IMG/VR virus record: IMGVR_UViG_3300045930_000291
Reading direction: 5' to 3' (one strand)
Origin: an uncultured virus (IMG/VR IMGVR_UViG_3300045930_000291)
Lineage: Duplodnaviria > Heunggongvirae > Uroviricota > Caudoviricetes
DNA length: 64,000 nucleotides
Numbering within the stretch: position 1 is the stretch's first letter; each line of letters starts with the position of its first letter. The translations under genes were made by a program, and so were the position numbers. Below, piece after piece: positions 1-9,478 of this stretch. The notes under the pieces were generated by a model. It worked only from the letters and a program-made list of their open reading frames with translations, ran no database searches and was not told the DNA's origin.

Positions 1-20
1 CCCCGCAGCAGCTGGCCACC

Positions 21-245
21 GTGCCGCCCGTGGACGAGGATGGCGCTCCGCTGCGCATGTGCACCGTCTGCGGCACCCGCGGCGCATGGGGGCCGGGCTG
101 GTGCTGGTACGGGTCGTGGCGTGACGTCGATGAGGGCCGCCCGTACACCATCGTCTGCTCCGACGTGTGCCGCGCGAAGCACGCCGCAGCCCTCCAGGTG
201 GACCCGGAGCCGGTCGACAACCTGACGGACGAGGCGGTGGTCTGA
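21..245 (+). CDS. Hypothetical Cys-containing phage protein (may begin before the window)
   Basis: ORF abuts next gene; CxxC pairs. Confidence 0.5.
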   Translation: MPPVDEDGAPLRMCTVCGTRGAWGPGWCWYGSWRDVDEGRPYTIVCSDVCRAKHAAALQVDPEPVDNLTDEAVV

Positions 246-716
246 ATGCCCCTCGTCCTCGCCGAAGTCGAAGCGCTGGTTGCCATCCTCGACAAGTTCG
301 ACGGCCAACCCATCCGCCTGCTCGTCACCGGCTCGCGCACCTGGGCCGACGAAGACGCTGTACACCGGGCCCTCTGGCTAGTCGAAAAGACCGCCGCCGG
401 CCAGCCCGTCACCCTCGTCCACGGCGGCGCGACCGGCGTCGACCTCATCGCGTCCGGATGGGCCATCGACCGACCACGGTGGACTGTCGAGCCGTACCCG
501 GTCACCGCGGCCGACTGGGACCGGTACGGCCGCCCGGCCGGCATGCGGCGCAACGGCGTCATGGTCCGCAAGGGCGCGAGCTTGTGCTGCGCCTGGATCG
601 ACCCCTGCCAGTTGCCACGCTGCACCCGGCCCCGGCCACACGGCAGCCACGGCGCTTCGGGTTGCGCCGACCTCGCCGCCAAGGCCGGCATCCCCACCTG
701 GAGGTGCGAGCGGTGA
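246..716 (+). CDS. SLOG/YspA-like (DUF2493) protein
   Basis: LLVTGSRTW, LVHGGATGVD, ADWDRYGRPAGMRRNGVMV motifs. Confidence 0.8.
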   Translation: MPLVLAEVEALVAILDKFDGQPIRLLVTGSRTWADEDAVHRALWLVEKTAAGQPVTLVHGGATGVDLIASGWAIDRPRWTVEPYPVTAADWDRYGRPAGMRRNGVMVRKGASLCCAWIDPCQLPRCTRPRPHGSHGASGCADLAAKAGIPTWRCER

Positions 717-1687
717 CCGAGGAGTTCAACAAGATGACCGACGAGATTATGCAGGTTCGTCTCGGACAAGGGCGTCGTCAACAGGCACATCAACCTGGAC
801 AAACTCGCCAGCAAAAGGCCCTGGCCATGCTCGCCAACCAGCCCCAGCTGTCGTTACCAAACATTACGGTTCGCGCCATGCCGCCAAGGCGCTGCACTGA
901 GCACACGACCCGGTATCGGGCCGGCTGCAACGCCTGCCAAGCATGGTCCAACTGGTACAACCGGCGACGCCTCGAGCATCACGCCGCCGGCCGTTGGCAA
1001 CCCATGGTGCCAATCGGAACCGTCCGCGACCACGTTGCGCGGCTACGTGCTGGCGGTATGCGTGTCGCCGACATCGCGGCCGCTGCGGGCATGAGTACCC
1101 GTCACCTTGAGACCATCCTGGCAAACGGCACGCAGCGTCACGTCAGTCCGACACTGGCCGGTCAGATCTTCGCTGTACGCGTCAGGTTGACTCCCCGCAG
1201 CCTCGTCGATGCCACTGGTACCCGACGGCGGCTGCGTGCCCTTCAGGCCATCGGCTGGCCACATCACATTATTGCCGAGCGGCTCAGCGTCGACGTCAGC
1301 CTGCCCGGTAAGTGGGCAACAGGCAGACGAGTCATGCAGGCTAACGCCGCTCGCGTTGCTGCCCTGTATGACGAGTTGTCGATGTCTGCGGGGCCGTGCG
1401 GCCGGTCACGCGCCGCCGCGACCCGCAATGGCTGGCCGTCTCCGCTGGCCTGGGACGACGAGACAATCGATGACCCAGCCGCGCAACCCATCTTCGACGT
1501 GCCACCCCCGCCACGACCGACCCGGACCCAGATTCTTGCCGAGGTCGCCAACCGTCGCGCCGAGGTGGACCGCCTCGACCGGGCCGGCCTGACCATCGCC
1601 AAGATCGCCGCACGTCTCGAGATCGGCGAGCGGTCCGTCAACCGCCACCTGCAAGCCATCCGCGCCGCCGCCCAGAACGCGGCCTAA
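713..1687 (+). CDS. Multi-HTH DNA-binding protein
   Basis: GTG at 713 overlaps upstream stop; HTH-like segments MRVADIAAAAGMSTRHL, GTRRRLRALQAIGW, LTIAKIAARLEIGERSVNRHL. Confidence 0.7.
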   Translation: MTEEFNKMTDEIMQVRLGQGRRQQAHQPGQTRQQKALAMLANQPQLSLPNITVRAMPPRRCTEHTTRYRAGCNACQAWSNWYNRRRLEHHAAGRWQPMVPIGTVRDHVARLRAGGMRVADIAAAAGMSTRHLETILANGTQRHVSPTLAGQIFAVRVRLTPRSLVDATGTRRRLRALQAIGWPHHIIAERLSVDVSLPGKWATGRRVMQANAARVAALYDELSMSAGPCGRSRAAATRNGWPSPLAWDDETIDDPAAQPIFDVPPPPRPTRTQILAEVANRRAEVDRLDRAGLTIAKIAARLEIGERSVNRHLQAIRAAAQNAA

Positions 1688-1714
1688 CCATCATCATCCA
1701 CAAAGGAGCAACAG

Positions 1715-2098
1715 GTGCCACCACCCAAGCAACCACGCAAATCCATCGCGGAAGCACTCCGCGAAATCCGCAGAGGCGCCGCCGAACGGTACGCCTCCGA
1801 CCTGCTCGCCCAGGTGTGCCGTGCCGTCCTCGCCACCAAGAAGAAGGGCAGCCTCACCATCACGTTGAAGGTCGAGCATGACCCCAAAGGCGACGCCTAC
1901 CTGCTCGACGTCGGGTTCAAAACGAACCTGCCCACCGAGTCGTACACCCGCAACTACTACATCACCGACACGGGCGACCTGTCCGACGATCCGCCCGGCC
2001 AGGACGGCCTGTTCCCCCACCCCGATGACGAAGACGACGACGTGATCGACACCGCCGCCGCCAACGTGCGGCCCTTCCGGAAGGACTCCAGCGCATGA
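1715..2098 (+). CDS. YfdP-like phage protein
   Basis: AAGGAG RBS; KKGSLTITLKVE motif; directly upstream of DUF2303 as in yfdP-yfdQ pairs. Confidence 0.55.
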   Translation: MPPPKQPRKSIAEALREIRRGAAERYASDLLAQVCRAVLATKKKGSLTITLKVEHDPKGDAYLLDVGFKTNLPTESYTRNYYITDTGDLSDDPPGQDGLFPHPDDEDDDVIDTAAANVRPFRKDSSA

Positions 2099-2970
2099 CC
2101 ACCGACCTCGCATCCACATTGGACACGGCCGGCAACATCGACGCCGTCGCCGACCTGGCCCGCGCCGGCACCATCCCGCACAACCTGGCCCTCGGCAGCT
2201 ACTACGTGGTGCAGGGCGGCGACGGTCAGGTCACCGAAATCGACCTCACCGGCGAGCGGCACAACCCGACCATCCGGCCCCGCCGCATCAAGCAGACCGT
2301 GCAGTTGGACCACACCGACAGCCTGCTCGACTACTGGTCCAAGCATGCCGGGCAGACCTCGGAGCTGTACGCCAACCGGACCGACCGCACCATCACCGCC
2401 ATCATCGACGCCCACGACGTCGCCGGCGCCAACCCCGACGTGCGACCGGACTGGCAGGGCCACCGTGCCGTCCTCACCCTCGCCCACCACGACGCCCTCC
2501 GGGCATGGATGGGCTGCGACGGCAAACTCCTCGAGCAGGAAGCCTTCGTGGACTTCTTGGACGAACACTCCCTGTGGATCGCCGACCCCGCCCCCGCCGT
2601 GCTAGTCGGGATCGTGCGCGAGTTGCGTGGCTCCGTCGGCGGCGAGTTCGAGATGACGTACGACCCGGCCACCGGGTCGCGTACGGCCGCGTTCTCCAAG
2701 CAGATCAAGACCAAGACCGTGTCCGGCGAGATCGACCTGCCCGAGTCGTTCACCCTGCGGCTGCCTGCGTGGCGCGGTGCGACCGACACGGTTGACATCG
2801 CGGCGAAGCTGCGCATCCGCATCCCCCAGGACCGGTTGCACATCGGCTACAAGCTGATCAACCTGACCGAGCTGGTCGACTCCGCATTCGCCGCCGAGGT
2901 CGCCCGGATCGGCAGCGAAACCGGCACGCAGGTGTGGTACGGGTCCGCGCCCCGCGAGGCGAGCGTCTGA
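2095..2970 (+). CDS. DUF2303 (YfdQ-like) protein
   Basis: ITAIIDAHD, WQGHRAVLTL, QEAFVDFLDE, LPESFTLRLP motifs. Confidence 0.8.
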   Translation: MTTDLASTLDTAGNIDAVADLARAGTIPHNLALGSYYVVQGGDGQVTEIDLTGERHNPTIRPRRIKQTVQLDHTDSLLDYWSKHAGQTSELYANRTDRTITAIIDAHDVAGANPDVRPDWQGHRAVLTLAHHDALRAWMGCDGKLLEQEAFVDFLDEHSLWIADPAPAVLVGIVRELRGSVGGEFEMTYDPATGSRTAAFSKQIKTKTVSGEIDLPESFTLRLPAWRGATDTVDIAAKLRIRIPQDRLHIGYKLINLTELVDSAFAAEVARIGSETGTQVWYGSAPREASV

Positions 2971-3290
2971 TGAAGGTCACCATCTACGGCGCCAGCGACG
3001 ACCTCATCGAGGTCGACGGCGATATCAGCGAGGAGTTCCCCCTCAACAACACCGGCAACGACGGCGACGTGCTCGCCTTCTCCGACGGCACCATCCTCCG
3101 CATCGCCTACACCGACCCCGGGGTGTGGCGGATCACGAAGGTGGCCCAGGGCACGGCCACGCTCACCATCGAGCAGGCGCCCGAGGACGTCGACGACGAC
3201 TACACCGACCGGGCCACTCTCGTCGAGGGTGACCAGGGCGACCTCACCTGGGTCGTACATGGCATCGCGTACGCCAAGGCAGGTGCCTGA
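2970..3290 (+). CDS. Hypothetical phage protein
   Basis: TGATG coupling; starts MKVTIYGASDDLIEVDGDISEEF. Confidence 0.75.
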   Translation: MKVTIYGASDDLIEVDGDISEEFPLNNTGNDGDVLAFSDGTILRIAYTDPGVWRITKVAQGTATLTIEQAPEDVDDDYTDRATLVEGDQGDLTWVVHGIAYAKAGA

Positions 3291-3550
3291 TGGCCCTGAA
3301 CATCACCTACACCGTCGAATGCCACTGCGGCGCCGACGCCGAGTCGACCACCACCCACCTGGACCTCAACCCGGGCGACCGGATCGTCATCGACGCCGAG
3401 ATGGCGTTGGGTCAGCGCGACTTCGAGTGCACGAAGTGCGGCTGCACGCTCGGCACCGGGGACCTGCACATCGAGGTCGCCGATCAGTCCACCAGTTGCG
3501 ACGGCGAGCCCCATGAGTCCGATGAGGACGACGCGGAGGTGGGCGGCTGA
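3290..3550 (+). CDS. Small zinc-ribbon-like protein
   Basis: Coupled ORF; CHC and CTKC. Confidence 0.65.
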   Translation: MALNITYTVECHCGADAESTTTHLDLNPGDRIVIDAEMALGQRDFECTKCGCTLGTGDLHIEVADQSTSCDGEPHESDEDDAEVGG

Positions 3551-4116
3551 TGATCACCGTTTTCATGGATACCGAGACGACCAGCCTCCGACATGACCGA
3601 CGCGCCTGGGAGATCGGCCTCATCCTCCGCCGCGACGGGCGCCCCGACCACGAACAGTCCTGGTTCATCAGGTGCGAAGACCTCGACCTCGGCAACGCGG
3701 ACCTGGGCTCACTGAAGATCGGCAAGTTCTACGACCGGCACCCCGACGTCGTACCCGACGGCCACCCGGCCTGGCGCGACCGCACCCACGAAGAGGGCGA
3801 CGCTCTGCTCGAACTTGAGGAGCTGACCCGCGCCGCCACCATCGTCGGCGCCGTGCCGTGGTTCGACACCGACGTCCTCGGCCAACGCATGCGCGCAAAC
3901 GACATCTGCCCCAGCTGGCACTACCACCTTGTCGACGTCGAGACGTTCGCTGCCGGGGCGCTGGGCCTACCGCCGCCGTGGAACCTCGACACCCTGCTCG
4001 ACCGGTACGGCCTCAAGTACGACGAGGCCGACCGGCACACCGCGCTCGGCGACGCCCGCATGGTCCGCGACCTGTACGACGCCGTCCTGAGTGGACGAAT
4101 GGAGGTGGATGGCTGA
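3550..4116 (+). CDS. DEDDh (DnaQ-like) 3'-5' exonuclease
   Basis: ExoI DTETT, ExoII FD, ExoIII HTALGDA. Confidence 0.85.
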   Translation: MITVFMDTETTSLRHDRRAWEIGLILRRDGRPDHEQSWFIRCEDLDLGNADLGSLKIGKFYDRHPDVVPDGHPAWRDRTHEEGDALLELEELTRAATIVGAVPWFDTDVLGQRMRANDICPSWHYHLVDVETFAAGALGLPPPWNLDTLLDRYGLKYDEADRHTALGDARMVRDLYDAVLSGRMEVDG

Positions 4117-4574
4117 TGGTCGACTACACCAAGCAGCTGGACGAGTGGGAGATCACCACCGTTCTCGCCCGCCAACCGCAGCCGGACGGGCCTCGCCAGG
4201 AGCGCATCTTCACCTTCGTCATACCCGCCGTCGACGAAGAGTCCGCGAAGCGGGCCGGCATCGAGATGGCCATGGGCATCAACGAAGGCAGCGGCCACCA
4301 GTGGAAACTCGCCGACGACGAAGACGGACCGAAGGTTCGGCGCCTCGACGAGCGGGCCACCGTTGCGGGCATGCCGGTCTTCGTTCTCAAGGCCAAGGAC
4401 GCCCTCGCGGTCTGGCCGATCGAGGACTACCGGCGCGAGTGCGTACGGCATGGATTGATCGATCAGGCCGAACAGGTCCAACTCGCCATCGACGAAATCA
4501 AGGCGTGGCAGGCAGCCCATTGGGATCGGGTGAAGCTGCCCGATCACAAGCACGTACCGGTCGGGGAGGGCTGA
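4116..4574 (+). CDS. Hypothetical protein
   Basis: TGATG coupling, GGAGG RBS. Confidence 0.7.
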   Translation: MVDYTKQLDEWEITTVLARQPQPDGPRQERIFTFVIPAVDEESAKRAGIEMAMGINEGSGHQWKLADDEDGPKVRRLDERATVAGMPVFVLKAKDALAVWPIEDYRRECVRHGLIDQAEQVQLAIDEIKAWQAAHWDRVKLPDHKHVPVGEG

Positions 4575-4909
4575 TGGAGACGCCCCCGCTGGCAACCCTC
4601 AACGATCTGCCCGCCATCGCCGCCGACATCGGCGAACACCTCAAAGCCGCCGGCTACACCGAGAAACCCCACATCCGCCAAACCCTCGCCCTCGCCGAAG
4701 AGGTCGGTGAGTTCGTCAAAGCAGTTCGCCGCTACTACGGCTACGCCCGCCGCCGCGGCACTTTAGACGACATCAAAGCCGAGGGCGCCGACGTCGTCAT
4801 CACCGCATTCATCACCGCCCACGAAATCGGCTTCGACCTGGTCGAGGCCATCGCGGAGAAGATCACCGAGATCTACACCCGCGGCTGGCGCGAGGAAGCG
4901 GGCACCTGA
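4574..4909 (+). CDS. MazG-like nucleotide pyrophosphohydrolase
   Basis: LAEEVGEF...IKAEGADVVI (EExGE...ExxD). Confidence 0.8.
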   Translation: METPPLATLNDLPAIAADIGEHLKAAGYTEKPHIRQTLALAEEVGEFVKAVRRYYGYARRRGTLDDIKAEGADVVITAFITAHEIGFDLVEAIAEKITEIYTRGWREEAGT

Positions 4910-5511
4910 TGTCCACATTGGTCACACCCTACTGCAACTACCTCGTCCTGCACCGCGCCATGATGCAGTCCATGCCCGTCGCCTGGCAGGAACGGGCCGT
5001 CGCCCTGTTCGAGGAGCTGGACGCAGCGTTCCCCGACCTTGAGCGCCCACCGAACTTCATCGTGACCGCAGCCCGGGGGTGCGACTACTCCGACCTCAGC
5101 CAGGGCGACATGGCCGAGCTCGGCATCAGCTACGACGAGGACGCCGAGGTCTACCACGACCGGGCCGGCACCGAACACAGCCCCTACGACCACCTCCTCG
5201 TGCCACTGCCCGGCGGCGACCCGGTGCCGCACTACAACCGGGGCCGCACCTTCATCGAAGGGATGCCCACCGGCGGCCAGGCGTGCCACTACTGCCAGAC
5301 CACCACCGAGCAGCTCCGCCCGTACGGACCGGGCGGGAAACCCATCTGCCACCCGTGCATGAAAGCCAACCCGGAACGGGAGGCCGCAGCCGAATCCGCC
5401 CTGGGGACACTCCTCGACGCCGCCGGGGCGATGACCGGCGTCGTCGCGGTCGGCACCGAGAACGGACCGCAGCCGGTCACCGTCGACGACCTGAAGGAGA
5501 GAACTAGCTGA
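4909..5511 (+). CDS. Hypothetical protein with C-terminal zinc finger
   Basis: Coupled ORF; CHYC...LRPYGPGG..ICHPC. Confidence 0.7.
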   Translation: MSTLVTPYCNYLVLHRAMMQSMPVAWQERAVALFEELDAAFPDLERPPNFIVTAARGCDYSDLSQGDMAELGISYDEDAEVYHDRAGTEHSPYDHLLVPLPGGDPVPHYNRGRTFIEGMPTGGQACHYCQTTTEQLRPYGPGGKPICHPCMKANPEREAAAESALGTLLDAAGAMTGVVAVGTENGPQPVTVDDLKERTS

Positions 5512-6050
5512 TGGCCAGATGGCGACTGCATCCACTGCTCGGCGGCGGCGAACTCAACGACGCCGGCGACACCACCGTCGGCGCCGTCGGATTCCTCATC
5601 GACGCAGCCATGACCTACCTTCCCCGGGCCGTACTCACCGAAATCCCACCCCCCACCCCCGACCAGCCACCACCAGGCGCCTACCTCATCGGCGACGAAG
5701 GCATCCTCTGCTACATATACAAACCAGGCGCCAAGGTCATGTGCCTCATGCCGGCCGGCCGCTCGTCGGGCTGGATCGACTGGGACGAAGCCTGGAAACG
5801 CCACGGCGGGCCCGACGCCGCCATCACCCGCCTCGTCCCGGACCCGTTCGCCGAACCGGTCCAGCTGCCCTGGCTCGGGACCAGCATCGACAAAACGCCG
5901 CTCGACATCGACGTTGCCGGCCGCGGACGAGACGTCTGCGTCCGGCTCTCAATGGGCGACCGCGACGTCGAAATCGCCCCGGACATGGCCCACGACATGA
6001 CCCGCGCCCTGTGGGCTGCTGCTGACGCAGCCGAGAAAGGGACCACATGA
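5511..6050 (+). CDS. Hypothetical protein
   Basis: AAGGAG RBS; coupled. Confidence 0.6.
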   Translation: MARWRLHPLLGGGELNDAGDTTVGAVGFLIDAAMTYLPRAVLTEIPPPTPDQPPPGAYLIGDEGILCYIYKPGAKVMCLMPAGRSSGWIDWDEAWKRHGGPDAAITRLVPDPFAEPVQLPWLGTSIDKTPLDIDVAGRGRDVCVRLSMGDRDVEIAPDMAHDMTRALWAAADAAEKGTT

Positions 6051-6520
6051 ACCGCGAACCCTGGTACGAAAGCACCAACCCGACCCGCGTAGCCCGTGGC
6101 GCATCCTGGCGCATCGCCGTCTGGATCCTCGCCATCATCGTCTTCGCCGGCCTCATCTCTGGCGGCGTCTGGCTGGCCAAGGTGCTGCTGTCCGAACCGA
6201 AAGGCGCCGGCGACCAGGAGCTGATCGTCAACGACGGACGCAACCGCGTCAACGCACAGGAATGGTTCGCCTCCCAGTACGGCCAGATCCTCGCCGCCGA
6301 CCGCAACCTAGACGAGGCCGCCGCCAACGTCGCCGCGAACCCCGATGACCCGTTCTACCGCACCAACTACACCGGCCTGAAGAACCGCTGCGTAGACATG
6401 GTCACCGCCTACAACGCCGAAGCCGCCAAGATCTCCCGGGGCAAGTGGATCTCCCCCGACTTCCCGTCCCGCATCGACGAAACCGATCCCAAGACCGACT
6501 GCAAGGAGAGCGCGAAATGA
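6047..6520 (+). CDS. Single-pass membrane protein
   Basis: Hydrophobic IAVWILAIIVFAGLISGGVWL. Confidence 0.75.
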   Translation: MNREPWYESTNPTRVARGASWRIAVWILAIIVFAGLISGGVWLAKVLLSEPKGAGDQELIVNDGRNRVNAQEWFASQYGQILAADRNLDEAAANVAANPDDPFYRTNYTGLKNRCVDMVTAYNAEAAKISRGKWISPDFPSRIDETDPKTDCKESAK

Positions 6521-7032
6521 GTCGCGTGAAGACAGCCATGATCGCTTCCGTCACCCTGGTCGTGCTGGCCCTGGCCGGCTGCAGTTCGGCGGACAGCCTC
6601 CCGCAGAACGACCCCCAGGCGAAGACCAACCAGGAAGCCCAGCGCAAGAACGTACCCGTCCCGCCGCTGGCCGACTCGCTAGAGCGGCGCAACGTCGCCG
6701 AGCACCTCAAACGCAACAACGTGCCGGACCGGGTCCGCTACATCTACCTGCTGGCCGACACGGGCGGGATCTACGCCTACTTCGTGATCAAGGGAAAGGT
6801 GTCGTCCACGTCCAGCCAACTGACCCCGACCGACGACTGGGCGAAGCGCTGCGACTCGTGTGACTGGCAGCTGGTCCAGGGCTCGGGCGACGACGGCACG
6901 TTCGGCGGCGACGAAGGCGGCATCTACTTCTTCACTGACACCGGCATGGAGGTGCAGTGGAACGGCCGGTGGCTGCTCACCGACCAACCACTCAAGATCC
7001 AGGTCCCCACGCTGACGCTCACCACCAAGTAG
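6517..7032 (+). CDS. Lipoprotein
   Basis: Signal peptide with lipobox LAGC; KGKVSS..SQLTP and GIYFFT motifs. Confidence 0.8.
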   Translation: MSRVKTAMIASVTLVVLALAGCSSADSLPQNDPQAKTNQEAQRKNVPVPPLADSLERRNVAEHLKRNNVPDRVRYIYLLADTGGIYAYFVIKGKVSSTSSQLTPTDDWAKRCDSCDWQLVQGSGDDGTFGGDEGGIYFFTDTGMEVQWNGRWLLTDQPLKIQVPTLTLTTK

Positions 7033-7130
7033 CCGATCGGAGGCACCACCCCCCTACGGCGCGGCCCCGCCACAACCGGGGTCGCGCCAGCAGCACATCC
7101 ACAACGGCAACGCATACCAGGGAGGTCGGC

Positions 7131-7643
7131 TTGGCCAACACGACGCCGCAGCCTCCACGCTGGACCGACCAGGATCTGCAACTCGCCGTCGAGCTGGCCT
7201 GGCAGACCGGCCGCGAACACATCCCCCAAGGACTGGCCGAAGCCGCCGACGACGCCCAACACTGGGCCGGCATCCCCACACCCGCCCTCGACTACGAGCA
7301 GCGCGTCGCCGCCCGCCACCACGCCATCCGCGGCGGCACCGCGGCTGACCGCAACCGACCCGACTACCGCGGCGGCCCCGTCGACTGGAACGCAGGCCCA
7401 CCCATCCCCACCTGGCTCGCCACCATCGCGGCCAGGCAGGCCCAACAACTGCAGGACACACTCGACCGCGGCCAGCACACCCGACCGGTGTGGGCCGAAG
7501 GCGACTGGCGGGCCGTACACCGCGACGTCAGCCCCGCCGTGTGGTGGCGCATCTGGTGGGACCTCACACCCGCTCACCGCACCCAACACGCCGACCTCGC
7601 CCCCCAGCAGGCGCTCGCCGTCGAGGCGGTGATGCCCCAATGA
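7131..7643 (+). CDS. Hypothetical protein
   Basis: GGAGG RBS before TTG at 7131; overlaps next start. Confidence 0.55.
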   Translation: MANTTPQPPRWTDQDLQLAVELAWQTGREHIPQGLAEAADDAQHWAGIPTPALDYEQRVAARHHAIRGGTAADRNRPDYRGGPVDWNAGPPIPTWLATIAARQAQQLQDTLDRGQHTRPVWAEGDWRAVHRDVSPAVWWRIWWDLTPAHRTQHADLAPQQALAVEAVMPQ

Positions 7644-9043
7644 CCGACGACCCGTGGGCCGGCATCATGGACACCGCCGCCGCTCCGGCCGGCAACCCGT
7701 TCGACCCCAACGACCACCCCGACCTGCATACCGTCTGGAACAACCGCATCGCCGACGAAGACGCCGAAGCGGCACGGATCCACCAGCAGCAGATCCTGCA
7801 CCGGGCCACCAGCGAAGCCCTGCTGCGCCTGCGGGCCCGCCGCGCCGCCGAAGACGAACTGCGCGCCGAACTCGCCCAAACCATCGCCGTACCCGCCCCC
7901 ACCGACCTGCACGACCTGCTCGCCGAACCGGACAACCCCACCGCCTACCGCATCGACGGGCTGTGGCCCGCCGGCGGCAACGTCGTCCTCGCCGCCGCCT
8001 ACAAGGCCGGCAAAACAACCGCCACCGGCAACCTGCTGCGCAGCCTCGCCGACGGCGAACCGTTCCTCGACCTGTGGCAGGTCGCCCCCGTCATGGACGG
8101 CCGCATCGGTGTGATCGACCTGGAGATGCCCCGCGACCGGTTCAAAGCCTGGCTGCGCGACCAGGGCATCACCCACCCGCAGCGAATCACCACCTGGGCC
8201 CTGCGCGGCCAAGCCACCACCTTCGACATCGTCAACCCCGCAGTGCGCGACATGTGGGTTCAGCGGCTGGTCGAGCGGGCCGTGCGGGTCCTGGTCGTCG
8301 ACTGCCTCGGACCCATCCTGTCCGCCCTGGGTCGCGACGAAGACAACAAAGGCGTCGGCCCCATCCTTGACGCCCTCGCCGCCCTCGGCCACGAAGCCGG
8401 CATCACCGAAATGCTGCTCGTACACCACATGGGCCACGTCGCCGAACGGGCCCGCGGCGCCAGCCGACTACGGGACTGGCCCGACGCCGAATGGCGCATC
8501 GTCCGACAACGCGACCCGGACAACCCGGCCGCCGAACCGGCCCCCAACGCCCCCAGGTTCTTCGCCGCATTCGGCCGCGACGTCGAGGTGGGGGAAGGTC
8601 AGCTCAGCTACGACGCCAAAACCCGCCACCTCACCTACGCCCAAGGCAGCCGCCGCGAAGCCCGCAGCCGCGAGGCCCAACTGGCCGTGCTCGAGTTCGT
8701 CGCCAGCCAACCGGGCAAGTCCGGCCGGGCCATCGAGGCGGCCCTCATCAGCGACGGGACCATCACCCAGGCGGCTGTGCGGGAGGCGCTCGCTGCCGCC
8801 GCGGCCACCGGACTGTTTACCATCGTCATCGGCCCACATCGGGCCAAACTGCACCACCTGAGCAAGACCGGAAAGGCCCGGCTGCGGTCCCTCATCGGTG
8901 AGAAACCAGCCGACGACAAATGGCCCGAAGAGATCGAACCGGACAACGTGGACCGGGCACCGTTGGTGCAGTGCCCGTCCTGCTTCACGGGCCATACCGG
9001 CCCGCGAGGAACCCTGTGTACTAAGTGTGAGGAGGCGAATTGA
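7640..9043 (+). CDS. AAA_25/RepA-like replicative helicase
   Basis: Walker A AAYKAGKTT, Walker B LVVD, VHHMGH, RARGASRLRDWPD; C-terminal wHTH-like region. Confidence 0.8.
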   Translation: MTDDPWAGIMDTAAAPAGNPFDPNDHPDLHTVWNNRIADEDAEAARIHQQQILHRATSEALLRLRARRAAEDELRAELAQTIAVPAPTDLHDLLAEPDNPTAYRIDGLWPAGGNVVLAAAYKAGKTTATGNLLRSLADGEPFLDLWQVAPVMDGRIGVIDLEMPRDRFKAWLRDQGITHPQRITTWALRGQATTFDIVNPAVRDMWVQRLVERAVRVLVVDCLGPILSALGRDEDNKGVGPILDALAALGHEAGITEMLLVHHMGHVAERARGASRLRDWPDAEWRIVRQRDPDNPAAEPAPNAPRFFAAFGRDVEVGEGQLSYDAKTRHLTYAQGSRREARSREAQLAVLEFVASQPGKSGRAIEAALISDGTITQAAVREALAAAAATGLFTIVIGPHRAKLHHLSKTGKARLRSLIGEKPADDKWPEEIEPDNVDRAPLVQCPSCFTGHTGPRGTLCTKCEEAN

Positions 9044-9150
9044 ACCCATGTGTGTCGGAATAGTACGACGTACATTCTCCCAGGATGCCCGGAATGGGCC
9101 TACGCATCGATGGACGTGCGCGGGATCACTCCACAGTGGAAGAATCCTCA

Positions 9151-9359
9151 ACGCACTGAAGATGTCCGTATCTGAGGTGAAACATCCAGTCGGGAACACC
9201 CGACGAATCCCAAGATGTTCGATCCAGTGCGTCAGTGCGTTGCAGTGCGTTGAAAGTGCCCAACGCAGTAGTGCGTTAGTGCGTCAGTGCGTATATATGA
9301 CGCACTACTACTGCACCACTGGAACGACACGAGACGGGGCCAGTGCGTCGCAACGCACT
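9151..9359. repeat. Iteron-like AGTGCGT cluster; putative replication origin
   Basis: Direct copies at 9226, 9234, 9244, 9270, 9278, 9286, 9342; inverted ACGCACT at 9151, 9300, 9353; TATATAT core at about 9292-9298; lower-GC intergenic stretch right after the helicase. Confidence 0.7.
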
Positions 9360-9478
9360 GGAGGGGTGGACGGACCCGGTGGGCGAAGAGGCCAGGTGGG
9401 GGACAAAAAACGATCTTCATCTGACGGGCCCCCGCTCACCTGTCGGTTGCCGCACCTGTCGGTCACGCAGAGCGTCGA

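Noticed and set aside
9220..9360. Short repeat array as a CRISPR
   Set aside because: Repeats are 7 bp, adjacent and in both orientations, with no unique 30-40 bp spacers and no cas operon
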